Assembly (NCBI GenBank): GCA_964016885.1 | Contig: OZ024743.1 | Span: forward strand, 173,104,001 to 173,168,000 | DNA: 64,000 bases | From: Eledone cirrhosa | Taxonomy: Eukaryota | Direction of reading: 5' to 3' | Shown here: positions 1 to 12,352 of the stretch, one piece after another | Layout: each line of letters opens with the position of its first letter | Numbering within the stretch: the first letter of the stretch is position 1 | Translations under genes and position numbers: made by a program | Notes under the pieces: model-generated | Database searches by the model: none | What the model was told of the DNA's origin: nothing | What the model saw: only the letters and a program-made list of their open reading frames with translations

Positions 1-158
1 TCTTTCGCTGAAACAATGAACAAAAAACAAGATTTTATAAATCTTGACATCTCCAATGCAAGAGATATGTTCTAGCAAGGGAGAAAATTTGTAACTTTCG
101 AAGTGGGTTTAGAATTAACTCACCCCTCGAAATAAAAGAAGACGCAGTTCGAAGGACA

Positions 159-1555
159 GTGACCTTTAGGACTGTATCCAATACCACGAGAAAGCCGATA
201 TTTGTTAGTCAAGGAGATATAGAAGATAAATTGAAAGAAATTCTAGCAAATATCGACTTTCTCCAACGAGTAAAACAGTACGGGAGTGTTTCCGTACTGT
301 TTAAAAGCGAGGCACTCGCCCAAAAACATTCTGTGACACCAATGGTGTCAAAATCATTCACCTTTTTCCCTACATACATGGGAAAAAGGACACAAAAAAT
401 AAAAATAAAAAATATACCACCAAACATTAACATCTGGTGGATCTTGGCTGGCTTCGTAGAGCCAGAAACTGATATGATTCTTTCGATACGAAAGTCTATT
501 CGACAAAGGTGGGCGGGTACTGATTTGAAGATTCTGTTGCAAATGAGGCCGGAGAGAATCTCCAAAATACCCGAAAAAGTCGTCATCGACGACAACAACA
601 AAATAAACATTTCGGTAGAAGGACGAAAATTTCATTGCTTTCGCTGTGGTAGCACAGCACACCTAAAAGCCTCCAGTCCTTCACAAACACACCACAACAA
701 CATCATTAAAAAAACACTATTACCAACACCAACACCAAAACAACCACCACCACCACAAGTACAACAGACGAAACGAGCAACCACACCAAAACAAACAGCC
801 ACTCAACCAACAACAACAGAAAAAACACGGACAGCTCCCCTGAAGAACACAGTCCCACCCCATCCCACTCCATCCAACACTTCCACAAACACACACACAA
901 AAACACCATCACCACACAACATACCCCTATCGCACACGCCTGATGACGATTATTCATCAACAGACGAAGCTACTTCTCCATCCCCAAGCGAGGATGAAAG
1001 AGAGCCGCGGAAAAAAAAGAAAGAAACACGTAAAGCCACAAAAACACCAATCACCGACACAAACAACAACACAAACAACACCACAATCAAACCTCCCCCT
1101 ACCAGCAAAACAAACACCAACACCACCCCAAACACAAACACCCACCATAAAAAGAAAACTCCCGGACGAACAACAAACTAAAACAACACAACGAAAACAC
1201 AAACAACAATACGCATACATCAACACAAACAACAAGAGTTTGATGGAGGTCATCTCCCAAAACCCCAAGGTGGAGACGGAGGGGCAAAACTTTCGTCAAG
1301 GCAGAATCGTCTCCACACCTTAAACTTATAAGGGTTTCTATGGAAACCTATCATGACCTGAAAAATAAATTTTCACAGGAGGTGGGCAACCCCTGCCAGA
1401 AACCCATCAACCGCGTCCTGTTAAAATGTTTCCCAACCACACCCAACACCCCATCCAGCACCAAATGGAGATTGAACAACCCGATCTCCAGGAAACGAAA
1501 AGGTAAGTACACCGTTCGTCCTTTTTCTCCAACACTTCTACACCAACATGGCTAG
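159..1555 (+). pseudogene. Tx1 ORF1 (RNA-binding protein with degenerate CCHC knuckle and Thr/Pro-rich linker), disrupted
   Basis: HCFRCGSTAHLKASS resembles CX2CX4HX4C; continues through stops/frameshifts in ORFs 943..1323 and 1340..1555; the stop overlaps the ORF2 ATG at 1548. Confidence 0.8.
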
Positions 1556-4500
1556 TTTACGAGTTGGGAGCGTAAATGTACGTGGACTAGGGATGCCCTG
1601 GAAACAGGGCCAATTTTTAAACGACCTTAGGTCACACGGTATGGATGTGATAGCCATCACCGAGTCCAGGATCCACAACAGTCAGCAACTAACCCCCATC
1701 TTCGACGACTTTGAGATCTACGCATCTCTCTGTCAGCCAGGAGGTGGAGGGGGAGTGGCTGTCATGTTTCGGAAGAACCTGGACGTCGAAGTACAGCAAG
1801 TACACTTGGACCCGGGCGGTAGACTGGTAGTCCTAGACGTGAACAGTATTGGAGGAGGAGCCTTCAGACTGGTGGTCGTTTATGCCCCGACCGGGCAATC
1901 GCAATCACGGCCAGACTTTTTTAAGATTCTAGAGTCTTTTCTGGGAACGTCTCGCTCCTTACTTTTAGTGGGGGACTGGAATAGTATCATAGATGTACGA
2001 TGGGACTATGTGGGAGCATGTCCCAGTAGAGGGGGGTGCAACAGCCTCAAACTTTAATCGGCCAATTCCAACTAGGTATCGACTGGATTTACCGACTGCA
2101 CCACAGTGGACGTGGGCAAAATGCAGCGGGACATCTAGATCGTATTTAGATAGGTTCTTCATTAGAGAAAGGGACAAGGAGATGTTAAGCTGTCCACGAA
2201 TGCACATGGTTGCCTATTCAGATCACAAATTAGTCGTCTACTTAGTCAACCATGATAGAACACATAGGCAAGGACCCGGATATTGGAAGCTGAACGTGTC
2301 GTTGCCGGCACGTAAAGCTTACAGTGAACGGATAAGTAGACTAGTCAAGCAACAGTTAACGGGAGCCATCGTCAACAATAAATTGTGGTACTCTCTCAAG
2401 AAAGCAATTAGAATAGAATCGATAGGGTTTAGCAGAGAGTTACCCTTAGAGAAAAACAAAATAGAAAGAGAACTAGTAGCCAAGGTAGAGGAAGCACTTA
2501 GAAGTGGCTAGAGTGTTAGCGCCGAGAACGGCTCTGGACCAGTTCTTCGATGCGAAACACGAAGGCTGTGTGGTCAGAAACAAAACACGTTCTCTAGGAA
2601 ACGAAGGAGCGAAATCAGTCAGCTGGGCCGGAGTGGCGGAGGCGAAAAGTGGCAACAAGTCCACGATTCGGTCTTTGAAAGACCAAAACGGACGCGTGCT
2701 ACTTGACCCCAAGCAAATGTGCGAGGCCTTTCAGCAGCACTTTGCGTGACTGTTTGAGCAGAACGACGGTGAGCCGAACGGGGCAATGGACTTTAGTTCA
2801 TAACTCGACGGCCTGCCGCGTCTCTCGAACACGGACGCCGAGTTCTGCGAAATACCGATCACGGACACTGAGATACGGGACGCTCTGGGCCGCTGCGGGA
2901 AACGCAAGTCACCCTGTCTAGATAGTCTACCCTATGAGTTTTACATAGGCATGCCAGACTTGTTCTCTGGCGTCCTCGAAGCCGTCTACTGCAATTGGTA
3001 GCAGAATGGGAGAATTCCCAGTTCTGCAGGCAAGGGCGTAGTAACGCTGATCAGGAAAGACGAGAACAAGGGGGACGAAATTAACAACTTCAGGCCCATA
3101 ACTCTGCTCAACACAGAGTTAAAGATTTTGGCCAAGGTGCTAGCGACAAGGTTGGCGCTTGTCGTCGAGAACCTGGTAAGGAAAGCGCAAACGTGTGCAA
3201 TCCCGACCATGTCCCTACGCGACAACCTCCACCTCATGCGATACATCATAGAGAGGGTGGGTAGTAAACCCGGCTTTGGTGGGGCTCCGATCCATTTGGA
3301 TCAGTCTAAGGCATTCGGTAGGCTTGACCATCGATACTTGGAAGCGGTTCTCAAGGCGGCCGGTTTCGGTCCCGTTTTCAGACGCTGGATCGAGGCGATG
3401 CACACCAGCATATGCTCGAGGGTCAAGGTGAACGGCTACCTATCGGAGCCGTTCGCAATCACGCGTTCCATTCGACAGGGGTGCCCTCTTTCCTCCATTC
3501 TGTATGTATTGACTCTAGAGCCACTACTGCGGAAATTGGCGCTGTTGCAGGGCATCCCTCTAGAACCGGGACTGCGCAACGCGGCGTCGGCTTATGCCGA
3601 CGACGTGACGGTAATGGTGTCGAGCACCTCGAAAATCGGGGTGATTGGAAACTTACTGAAAGAATACGAAACACTGACGGGAGCAAAACTAAACCCGGAC
3701 AAGTCTGTCGGTTTTCAACTCGGTACGTGGAGAGGCAAACCGATGACGTCTGACAGCGTCGTTGGACGCTGGACGGACGGACCGGTGAAATTGCTGGGGG
3801 TCTGGTTCGGTCCAGACCTCCAGGTGGAGAAAAACTGGAACGAGTCACGGTCAAGGTGTTTGCGCTCACCCAGAAGTGGGCAGAGTGCAAACTGCCCTTG
3901 AAAGGTCGAGCGGAGGTGGCGAACACTTTCATAGCGTCCGTCATCTACTACCGCTTGACTGTCGTGCCCAAGATGGAACGCATGCTCTTCCAGTTTCTGT
4001 GGAAGAAGCAGGCTCCACTGGTGAGGATATCCGTCTGCTGTCAGCACCCTTCCAACGGAGGGCTGGGAATGCCATGGCTGATGATGCGCAAACATGCGCT
4101 GAGGCTGCGGCATCTCCAGGTATTCCTCACCGACCCCCAACCGGTGTGGGCACCGTTTGTGAGACAGGCTTTCCCATAGCTCGTCTCGCTGACGGAGCTG
4201 CAGTCCTGGGTCAAGAAAAGACCGAAAACGATGGGCGCCTGGCACATTGAATGCGCTCAGGTGCCTACTGTCCTCTGGAAACCGGGAGCAGCAATCAATG
4301 GAGACTCCACTTCGACATTCTATAGAGGGATTGTACGTTACAAGGGCGACGACGTGCTCGGAGAGACTCTGGGCGTCGAAGACGATGAACTCACCAGTCT
4401 GTTTGGTAGGACTTCTTGATGCGCGCAGGACATTGAAACAGTCCTGCACGCAATTGAACACTACCCAGGCGTAACCGACCTGTGGAACTATGCAGAACAA

Positions 4501-4815
4501 CTGCTGCCGCGTATGGGACAAATCCAATTGACTGCCGAGTCCATAATAAGGATCAAACCGCCAGCCTCTTTCAAAAACGAAAGAGAGGCGGTTTTCCTCT
4601 GTACGGTGGCTATGGTGAAAGAAGTTATATGATGGACTAGGTTGAGAGGACTGAGGACAGATGCCTTTCTCTCCGGACAACAATTGATTCCCTTCTTTAA
4701 GTATCACTTTAGAAGGAGAATCAGGGTGGAGAGAGAGGCACTACACCCCAGTAAATTTACTGAAAGGTGGGTGAATGAAGCGAAAATGACCCGAGTGATT
4801 GGGCCTCCTCTGTAG
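1548..4815 (+). pseudogene. Tx1 ORF2 (APE endonuclease + reverse transcriptase), frameshifted
   Basis: SVNVRG, AITES, VYAP, GDWN, YLDRFF, SDHK, GPGYWKLN, LDQSKAF, IRQGCPLS, YADD, GGLGMP motifs across ORFs 1548, 1993, 2504, 3128, 3856. Confidence 0.92.
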
Positions 4816-6177
4816 GTTAAAGAAGAGAGCAAAAGAAGAGAGCAAAAGGAAGAAAGGAGCACTTGCAAAACACGCTCCTGGAGTTGAGGGTTGTTCTATC
4901 GATTGGGTATTAAACAACCCATTTGTGCCCCCCCCCCCCCCTATTGGGGATTTCGATTGTTGTAATTGTTTGTTTTTATATTTTTTACACTTTTACACGA
5001 CTGTATGTAAAATCCCCGGCATGTCTTTGTATTGTCCCCTTTTCTTGTGCGCCCTTGTGGCTAATAAAGAAATATATCTATCTATCTATCTATCTATCTC
5101 AGATAGTCTGGACGTGTACTACTTTGCTGGTAAGTTTTTTGTTAATTTTGCATGCAAAAAACAGAAACTTTTTGTTAAAAAATACATTGTTTCGTAGATT
5201 AACCCTGAGGCTGAATTGTCAGCTGGGCGGTAAGCTCACTTTTCGCCCAACGAGGGCGGAAATTTTATTTGAAAACATTTTGAAAAGCTAAAATATAGAC
5301 GTCACTATGATGACAAGTAGTGAAAATAAAGATCTGTTTCGCAATAAAAGCGAAAAATGCAACTCACAAGTTGGACCACACAGCTCACAACAGACATAAA
5401 AAACCATAGAAAATGAAACAATTTACACAACTACAAACGAAAAAAGTGACAACCGCAACAACAACACCAAAAAACATAACATTTGCACAAACAGTCATAA
5501 ACAAACAAGACTTCAAGGATCTCGATATCTCCAATGCGAGACAGATGCTTTCTGAAGCAAAGGAATTTATTATTTTCGGAGAAAACGGTGGGTTTAAGCT
5601 AAACTCACCCCCAGAAATTCGTCTTGAAACACTTCGAACACTTCAGAACTGTTTCAAATGAAACAAGAAAGCCGGCATTCCTCAGTCAAGGGGAAATAGA
5701 AACAACCTTGAAGGAGGTTTTGCTGGATATAGACTTTATGCAGAGGGCCAGACAGTATGCTCCTCAAAAGCAAGGCCATCGCACAGAAATATTCAGTGGT
5801 ACCAATATTTTCGAAGAAATACACCTTTTTCCCTACTTACCTGGGAAAAAGGAGCCAAAAAACAAAATTTCCAACTTACCACCAAATATTAATATTTGGT
5901 GGATATTGGCAGGATTTTTAGAGGAGGAACAGAACACCATCCTCTCCATCAAGAAATCAACCAAACACACGTGCTCTTGTACAAATTTGGAGATTCTGGT
6001 TCAAATGAGGCCGGAGAGAATCTCCAAAATACCTGAAAAAGTGCTGGTGGACAACAACAGCCACATAAACATTTCAGTTGAAGGAGTGAGACCACACTGC
6101 TTTCGATGTAACAGTACATCGCATCTAAAGGCCTCCTTCACTTTACAGACACACTTTAAAAAAACAATCCAATTAAA

Positions 6178-6347
6178 ATAATTGTTTATACTTTTGGCAC
6201 AAGGCCAGCAATTATCCCAGTACATTACTGGTACTTAATTTTATCGACCCCGTAAGGATGAAAGGCAAAGTTAACCTCGGCGGAATTTGAACTCAGATCG
6301 TAAAGGGACGTAACTATGCTGGAAAGCATGTCCGACCCTCTACTGCT
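6178..6347 (-). mobile_element. tRNA-derived SINE (Meta-domain-like core), head partly deleted
   Basis: Same family as 27665-27845; B box GAGTTCAAATTC and core GCCTTTCATCCTTACGGGGTCGATAAAA on the minus strand. Confidence 0.85.
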
Positions 6348-6350
6348 AAA

Positions 6351-6539
6351 AATAATTGTTTCTACTTTAGGCACAAGGCCAGCAATTACCCAGTGCATTA
6401 CTGGTACTTTATTTTATCGACCCCGTAAGGATGAAAGGCAAAGTCAACCTCGGCGGGATTTGAACTCAGATCGTAAAGGGACGTAACTATGCTGGAAAGC
6501 ATGGCGTCCGACCCTCTACCGATACTGCCAATCCACCCT
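6351..6539 (-). mobile_element. tRNA-derived SINE, full length, subfamily A
   Basis: A box TGGCAGTATCGG, B box GAGTTCAAATCC, core domain, tail GGCCTTGTGCCTAAAGTAGAAACAATT. Confidence 0.9.
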
Positions 6540-8455
6540 CTACTGCTAAAAATAATGTTACCAACACCAACACCAGAACCACCACCACCACAACAACAAG
6601 AGCACCACACAAAACAAGCAAACACACCAAAACAAACAGCCACTCAACCAACAACAACAGAAAAAAAACGGACAGCTCCCCTGAAGAACACAGTCCCACC
6701 CCATCCCACTCCATCCAACACTTCCACAAACACACACACAAAAACACCATCACCACACAACATACCCCTATCGCACACGCCTGATGACGATTATTCATCA
6801 ACAGACGAAGCTACTTCTCCATCCCCAAGCGAGGATGAAAGAGAGCCGCGGAAAAAAAAAGAAACACGTAAAGCCACAAAAACACCAATCACCGACACAA
6901 ACAACAACACAAACAACACCACAATCAACCCCCCCCCCCTACCAGCAAAACAAACACCAACACCACCCTAAACACAAACACCCACCATAAAAAGAAAACT
7001 CCCAGATGAACAACAAACAAAAACAACACAACAAAAACACAAACCATAGTACGCATACATCAACACCACCAACAAAAACCTGATGGAGACCGAGGGGAAC
7101 ACTTTCGTGAAATCAGGATCAGCACCACACCTGAAATTGATAAGAGTTCCTATGGAAACTTATAACAACCTGAAATATGAATTTTCACAGGACGTCGGAA
7201 ACCCCTGCCAAAAACCCATAAACCGCGTCCTATTAAAATGTTCCCCACCCCACCCAACACCCCCACCAGCACCCAAATGGAGATTGAAAAACCCGATCTC
7301 CAGGAATCGAAAAAGTAAGTGCATCTTTTCGTCCTTTTTCGCCCTGGAAACAGGGCCAACTTTTAAACGACATTAGGTCACACGGTATGGATGTGATAGC
7401 CATCACCGAGTGCAGGATCCACAACAGGCAGCAACTAACCCCCATCTTCAATGACTTTGAGATCTACGCATCTCTCTGTCAGCCGGGGTGGAGGGGGAGT
7501 GACTGTCATGTACAGCAAGTACACTTGGACCCGGAGGGTAGACTGGTAGTCCTAGACGTGAACAGTGTTGGAGGTGGAGCCTTCAGACTGGTGGCCGTTT
7601 ATGCCCCGACTGGGAAATCACAGCCAGACTTCTTTAAGCGTCTAGAGTCTTTTCTGGGAACGTCTCGCTCCTTGCTTTTAGTGGGGGACTGGAATGGTAC
7701 CCTAGACGCACGATGGGACTATGTAGGAGCATGTCCCAGTAGAGGGGGGTGCAACAGCCTCAAACATTTAATCGGTCAATTCCAACTGGCCGATAGGTAT
7801 CGACTAGATTTACCGACTGCACCACAGTGGCCATGGACAAACCGCAGCGGGACATCTAGATGGTATTTAGAGATGTTCTTTATGAGAGAGAGAGACAAGA
7901 TGTTAAGCTGTCCAGAAATGTACAAAGTTGCCTATTCAGACCACAAACTAGTCATCTGCATAGTCAATCATGATAGAATATATAGACAAGGATCCGGATA
8001 CTGGAAGCTGAACATGTCGTTACCGACACGTAAAGCCTACAGTGAATGGATAAGTAGATTAGTTAAGCAACAGTTGACGTGAGCCATCGTCAACAATAGA
8101 TGGTGGTACTCTTTCAAGAGAACAATTAGAGTAAAATCGATAGAGTCGATAGCTTTTAGTAGAGAACTAGCCTCGAAGTAAATCACGTGCTCTAGGAAAC
8201 GAAGGAGCAAAAGCTGTTAGCTGGGCCCGAGTGGCAGAGGCGAAAAGTAGCAACAAGTCCATGATTCGGTCTTTGAAAGAGCAAAACGGATGCGTGCTAC
8301 TTGACTCCAAGCGGATGTGCGCGGCCTTTCAGCAGCACTTTGCGCAACTGCTCGAGCAGAGCGGCGGTGCGCTGAACGGGACAATGGACTTCGGTTCATA
8401 CCTCGAGAGCCTGCTGCGTCTCTCGAGCATGGACGCCGAGTTCTGCGAAAATACA

Positions 8456-8539
8456 CACAAATAGACACATTATATATATATATACATACACACACATATA
8501 TATACACACACATACACATATATACACAGATACATATAA

Positions 8540-8577
<38 letters not shown>

Positions 8578-8640
8578 CACATACACAAACACACACATAT
8601 ATATACACATGCATACACATACACAGAGACATATAACCTA
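8456..8640. repeat. Compound (TA)n/(CA)n microsatellite
   Basis: Directly visible. Confidence 0.95.
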
Positions 8641-9563
8641 TGTAGTTAACTATTTGTCTAGTCAATTTCTACGCGCTAAAAGAAATAATTAGATAAATTT
8701 AATATGACTGTATATCACAGAAGATAATCTGTATCAATTGTCTATTATTTCTCCATAGTTACATTTTAAACTTATAGCCTCGTTTAAATGATTTTTTATG
8801 TGGTAGATTTATACTGATTAGGAGAGGAAATACTGTATATATTTTATCTAATAGTTCTTCAGACTTACAATTTTACTGATTAATGATTATTTGCTTAATT
8901 AATTCTTCATTGAGCCACACAGTGAAAGGTTGCCAAACTCATATATGTATTTGTGACTATGTATTTGTGACTATATATACCCCTTTGAATTTAATATATA
9001 CTCCCGTAAGGTTGAGTAAAACTTTAGGCAGTATTTGGCTGCGTTTTCTAGCAACCAGCCTACTCGCCAACAAGTACCAATCACAAATTTTCTGCCTTGA
9101 CCGCAGGCCACGTGAGAGTTCTTAGCCATTTTGAATTCATTTCTGGCGGGGATCATGGTAGAAAAAACTTAGTCCAGTCTGAGGTATCTCCTGGGGAGTT
9201 CCAGGCCTCGTGGATATATCCAAGATCGGGTATATTCAAAAAGTGGAACGAAAGCACCGGTGGTCGAGACTAGAGGAATTTTGGTAAACTTTATGTGCAT
9301 TTTTTCTTCAAACTTCTATTTTGTACCTAACTCCGTGTAGTTAACTATTTTTCTAGTCAATTTCTACGCGCTAAAAGAAATAATTAGATAAATTTCATAT
9401 GACTGTACATCACGGAAGATAATCTGTATCATTTGTCTATTATTTCTTTATAATTACATTTTAAACTTATAGCCTCGTTTAAATGATTTTTTATGTGGTT
9501 GATTTATACTGATTAGGAAAGGAAATACTGTATATATTTTATCTAATAGTTCGTCAGACTTTC

Positions 9564-9570
<7 letters not shown>
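8641..9570 (+). mobile_element. Non-coding element with ~235-bp direct terminal repeats (695-bp period) and a hammerhead-like motif
   Basis: 8641-8875 is repeated at 9336-9570 with scattered substitutions; flanked by TA-rich microsatellites. Confidence 0.7.
9187..9269 (+). ncRNA. Degenerate type I hammerhead ribozyme-like motif
   Basis: TCTC-CTGGGGA-GTTCCA...TGGAAC-GAAA-G-CACCGGTG-G-TC-GAGA: stems I and II pair, stem III is palindromic, GUC site; two deviations from consensus. Confidence 0.6.
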
Positions 9571-9642
<72 letters not shown>

Positions 9643-9949
9643 TATATGCATACACGCACATATACGTACACATACACATACATACACACGCACATACACA
9701 CATATATAAAAACACACACATACATATATATAAAAAAATAAATCTATGCACGCAAAGCACACAAGCTTATCCACATACATATACATATATAGATACATAA
9801 AGTACATATATATACGCACACTTTCACACATAATATTCTATACATACACATTTTCACACACATGCACGTTCATGCATATAAAATAACTTCAAATTTAAAA
9901 CAAAATTTTCATTTATAAAAAAATGTCTTTACCTATGAAAAATGAATAC

Positions 9950-10018
<69 letters not shown>

Positions 10019-10165
10019 CATATACATACATACATATGTATATACATGCATATACACACACATACAAGTACATACATACACACACACATATACATATATA
10101 TATATACATATACACATACACACACTACACATGCACATATATACACATAGACACATACACATAAA
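9571..10165. repeat. Compound (TA)n/(CA)n/(TACA)n microsatellite region
   Basis: Directly visible. Confidence 0.95.
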
Positions 10166-10424
10166 GAAGAGTTGGATAGTTGATACCTCACATCTATAAA
10201 TAACATTAGTTTAAATACATTTACCCCTAAATGGGCAATTATTAGGAATTTTACAATTACAATTCATACCAATGGACCGATTATTATTATTGATTATACC
10301 TTTGTTATTATTCCCACCAACAAAAGTATCACTTGTACACTTAGTCTTACCATATTTCATCGTTAATATTAATTCCAGAAACTTTATTATTGAATTGGGT
10401 GTTTACATTAATATTATTATTATT

Positions 10425-10550
10425 AGTCCCTTTACGGTCTGAGTTCAAATCCCGCCGAGGTTAACTTTGCCTTTCATCCTTACGGGGTTGATAAAATAAA
10501 GTACCAGTAATGTACTGTGTAATTGATGGCCTTGTGCCAAAAGTAGAAAG
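10425..10550 (+). mobile_element. 5'-truncated SINE
   Basis: B box, core and tail; flanked on both sides by AATATTATTATTATTA. Confidence 0.85.
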
Positions 10551-10569
10551 AATATTATTATTATTACTA

Positions 10570-11290
10570 TCCTCTCATATCAGGAAACAGCTTTAAATTT
10601 ATCTAAAAGAAATAAGCCAACAAGATCAGTCACTGGACATAGTGACATCAAAATTATTTGGACGATCCTTTCTAGACCATAGACACCCATTAAACTCTAT
10701 GATAGTTCTTCTAGCCAGCAAAATTGTATCACTTTCAATTTGTGTAATGTCTGTAATGCTAGCAACAAAAAACAAAACTTTATCGAGGAGGGAGGGGGAG
10801 ATAGAGGCATAATAATTATTAGTGTCAAACTGCAAGAATTTGAGATTACTACAATTATTGAGGTTTTTAAACCAATAGTATTTCCTCAATTTATTCCCTT
10901 ATTTTTTAATTGCTGGGATTACTCTGTCAATTATCTTTTTACTTATTCTACCTATATCTGAAGTGGAAGGACAAATAAGTCTTATAGTAGGGTTATTTTG
11001 GAAATCTATTTCATGATCCTATAGATTAAATCTAGGTGTTCTAAGTGTAAACGGTTCAGTATATTTCTCTAAGTCAAAATGTTTAGCAATAAGTTTCCCT
11101 GTCTATTAATATCATCAAGGTTAGTAATATTAGTTTTCTGATCATTTTTAAAGAGGTTGTAATAAATAAATTGGTTGTACTGTTCATAATCTAAGTTATA
11201 GATATTCCCTATTTTATTGGCATGCACTTGGATCTTCATGCTTTTTAAAAAAAATTATAGTTTTATTTAGCTTTTTTAGGAACTTCTTGC
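10570..11290 (-). pseudogene. Naiad-type Penelope RT fragment (diverged second family)
   Basis: ORF 10626..10889 (-) FLQFDTNNYYASIS...LLARRTIIEF...FDVTM is homologous to the RT at 13770-13990. Confidence 0.75.
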
Positions 11291-11316
11291 AATTACTGGG
11301 GGGGGGGGGGGGGTCC

Positions 11317-11360
<44 letters not shown>

Positions 11361-11486
11361 GAAGGTGAGTAATATTGTAGAACAATAAAACTATGCATAT
11401 ATCAGAAAAGTTGCACTCAACAGTTTGTAGAACTGGAGTATATATAATAAAGAAGAAATTGAAAGATGGTTAAAAGAGTTCCATAT

Positions 11487-11554
11487 ATTTTATTATACGC
11501 ATTTCGAATACAAAATCATCCTGGGACAAAAATTGTGATCTCATCAGATAAAAC
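11487..11554 (-). ncRNA. Type I hammerhead ribozyme in the 3' pLTR
   Basis: GTTTTAT-CTGATGA-GATCACAA...TTGTATTC-GAAA-TGCGTA-TA-ATAAAAT; intact core, stem I 7 bp. Confidence 0.8.
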
Positions 11555-11747
11555 AAGGTAACATGATACGAGGCATAATAGCACTTGTTTACAGGAAAGT
11601 GACAAGTCAACATATGACAGAAATATAAGTGTTAAAACTATAGTAAAAAATAGATAGGAAAATAGAAGAAAGAAAAGAAGAGGAGAAAAAGGAAAAAGAA
11701 AGAGGAGAAAAGAAAGGGAAAAAAGAAGAAAAGGAAGAGAGAGAGAG

Positions 11748-11808
<61 letters not shown>

Positions 11809-12352
11809 CCTCTGATCAGGAACGCTGTCAAAATGAAAACAGCTGTAAATAACGGTTAAAAAATAAATATGTGCGAATATTATAGACGGTATTCAAATGT
11901 TAGAGGCCTAAATCTAGAAACTGGGTATATTATTTTATATTGGGTTTAAATACTGAAAATTGGATTAAGAAGTGTAAAAATGTATTAATAAAATAAAATA
12001 AAATAAAATAAATATTAAAAAAAGGATTTTTATAAAATAAAATAAAAATAAAAATAGATATGTCAAAATTAATAATTTCTAGTAAAAATCTATATATGTG
12101 GGGTATACTATTTAATTTTTATTTTATATCAACAAGTAAATAAAGGAAATTGCTAGAAAGATTTATAAATGTAGAAAAACATATGACGTCATAATTTGTT
12201 TACAAAATCTACGAAGGTTTGAGCGAAAATCTAAGGCTTAAGAAATAAGTATCAAAGGTTTAAATATGATGAGAAAACCAAATTAATACATTGTAGAATA
12301 TAATGAAAGATGCGTAAAGATGACCGTGACTCATGGAATATGTTATAGGACA

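Larger units (their letters stand above)
1..5100 (+). mobile_element. L1-Tx1 clade non-LTR retrotransposon, copy 1 (5' end outside window, decayed)
   Basis: ORF1 with zinc knuckle, overlapping ORF2 with APE endonuclease and RT, 3' UTR ending GCCCTTGTGGCTAATAAAGAAA plus (TCTA)n tail at 5051-5100. Confidence 0.9.
5101..8455 (+). mobile_element. L1-Tx1 copy 2, head-to-tail after copy 1, 3' part missing
   Basis: ORFs 5413, 5624 and 6489 are homologous to ORF1 (PPNINIWWILAGF, HCFRCNSTSHLK); 7387..8082 is an APE domain close to copy 1; internal deletions; ends in a microsatellite. Confidence 0.9.

Noticed and set aside
1503-1554. GTAAGT..CTAG mini-intron that might fuse Tx1 ORF1 to ORF2
   Set aside because: Splicing would be out of frame with ORF2; the ORFs simply overlap by 8 nt.
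3715-4707. 330-aa antisense ORF
   Set aside because: Shadow frame opposite GC-rich Tx1 ORF2 with no recognisable motifs.
8854-8862. CTGA(A/C)GA on the minus strand of both direct repeats as a hammerhead core
   Set aside because: No correctly placed GAAA or stem I.
9543-10206. Many YI/CV/HT-rich ORFs, also at 8317, 17733, 19675, 40092, 41588 and 45240
   Set aside because: Translations of microsatellites.
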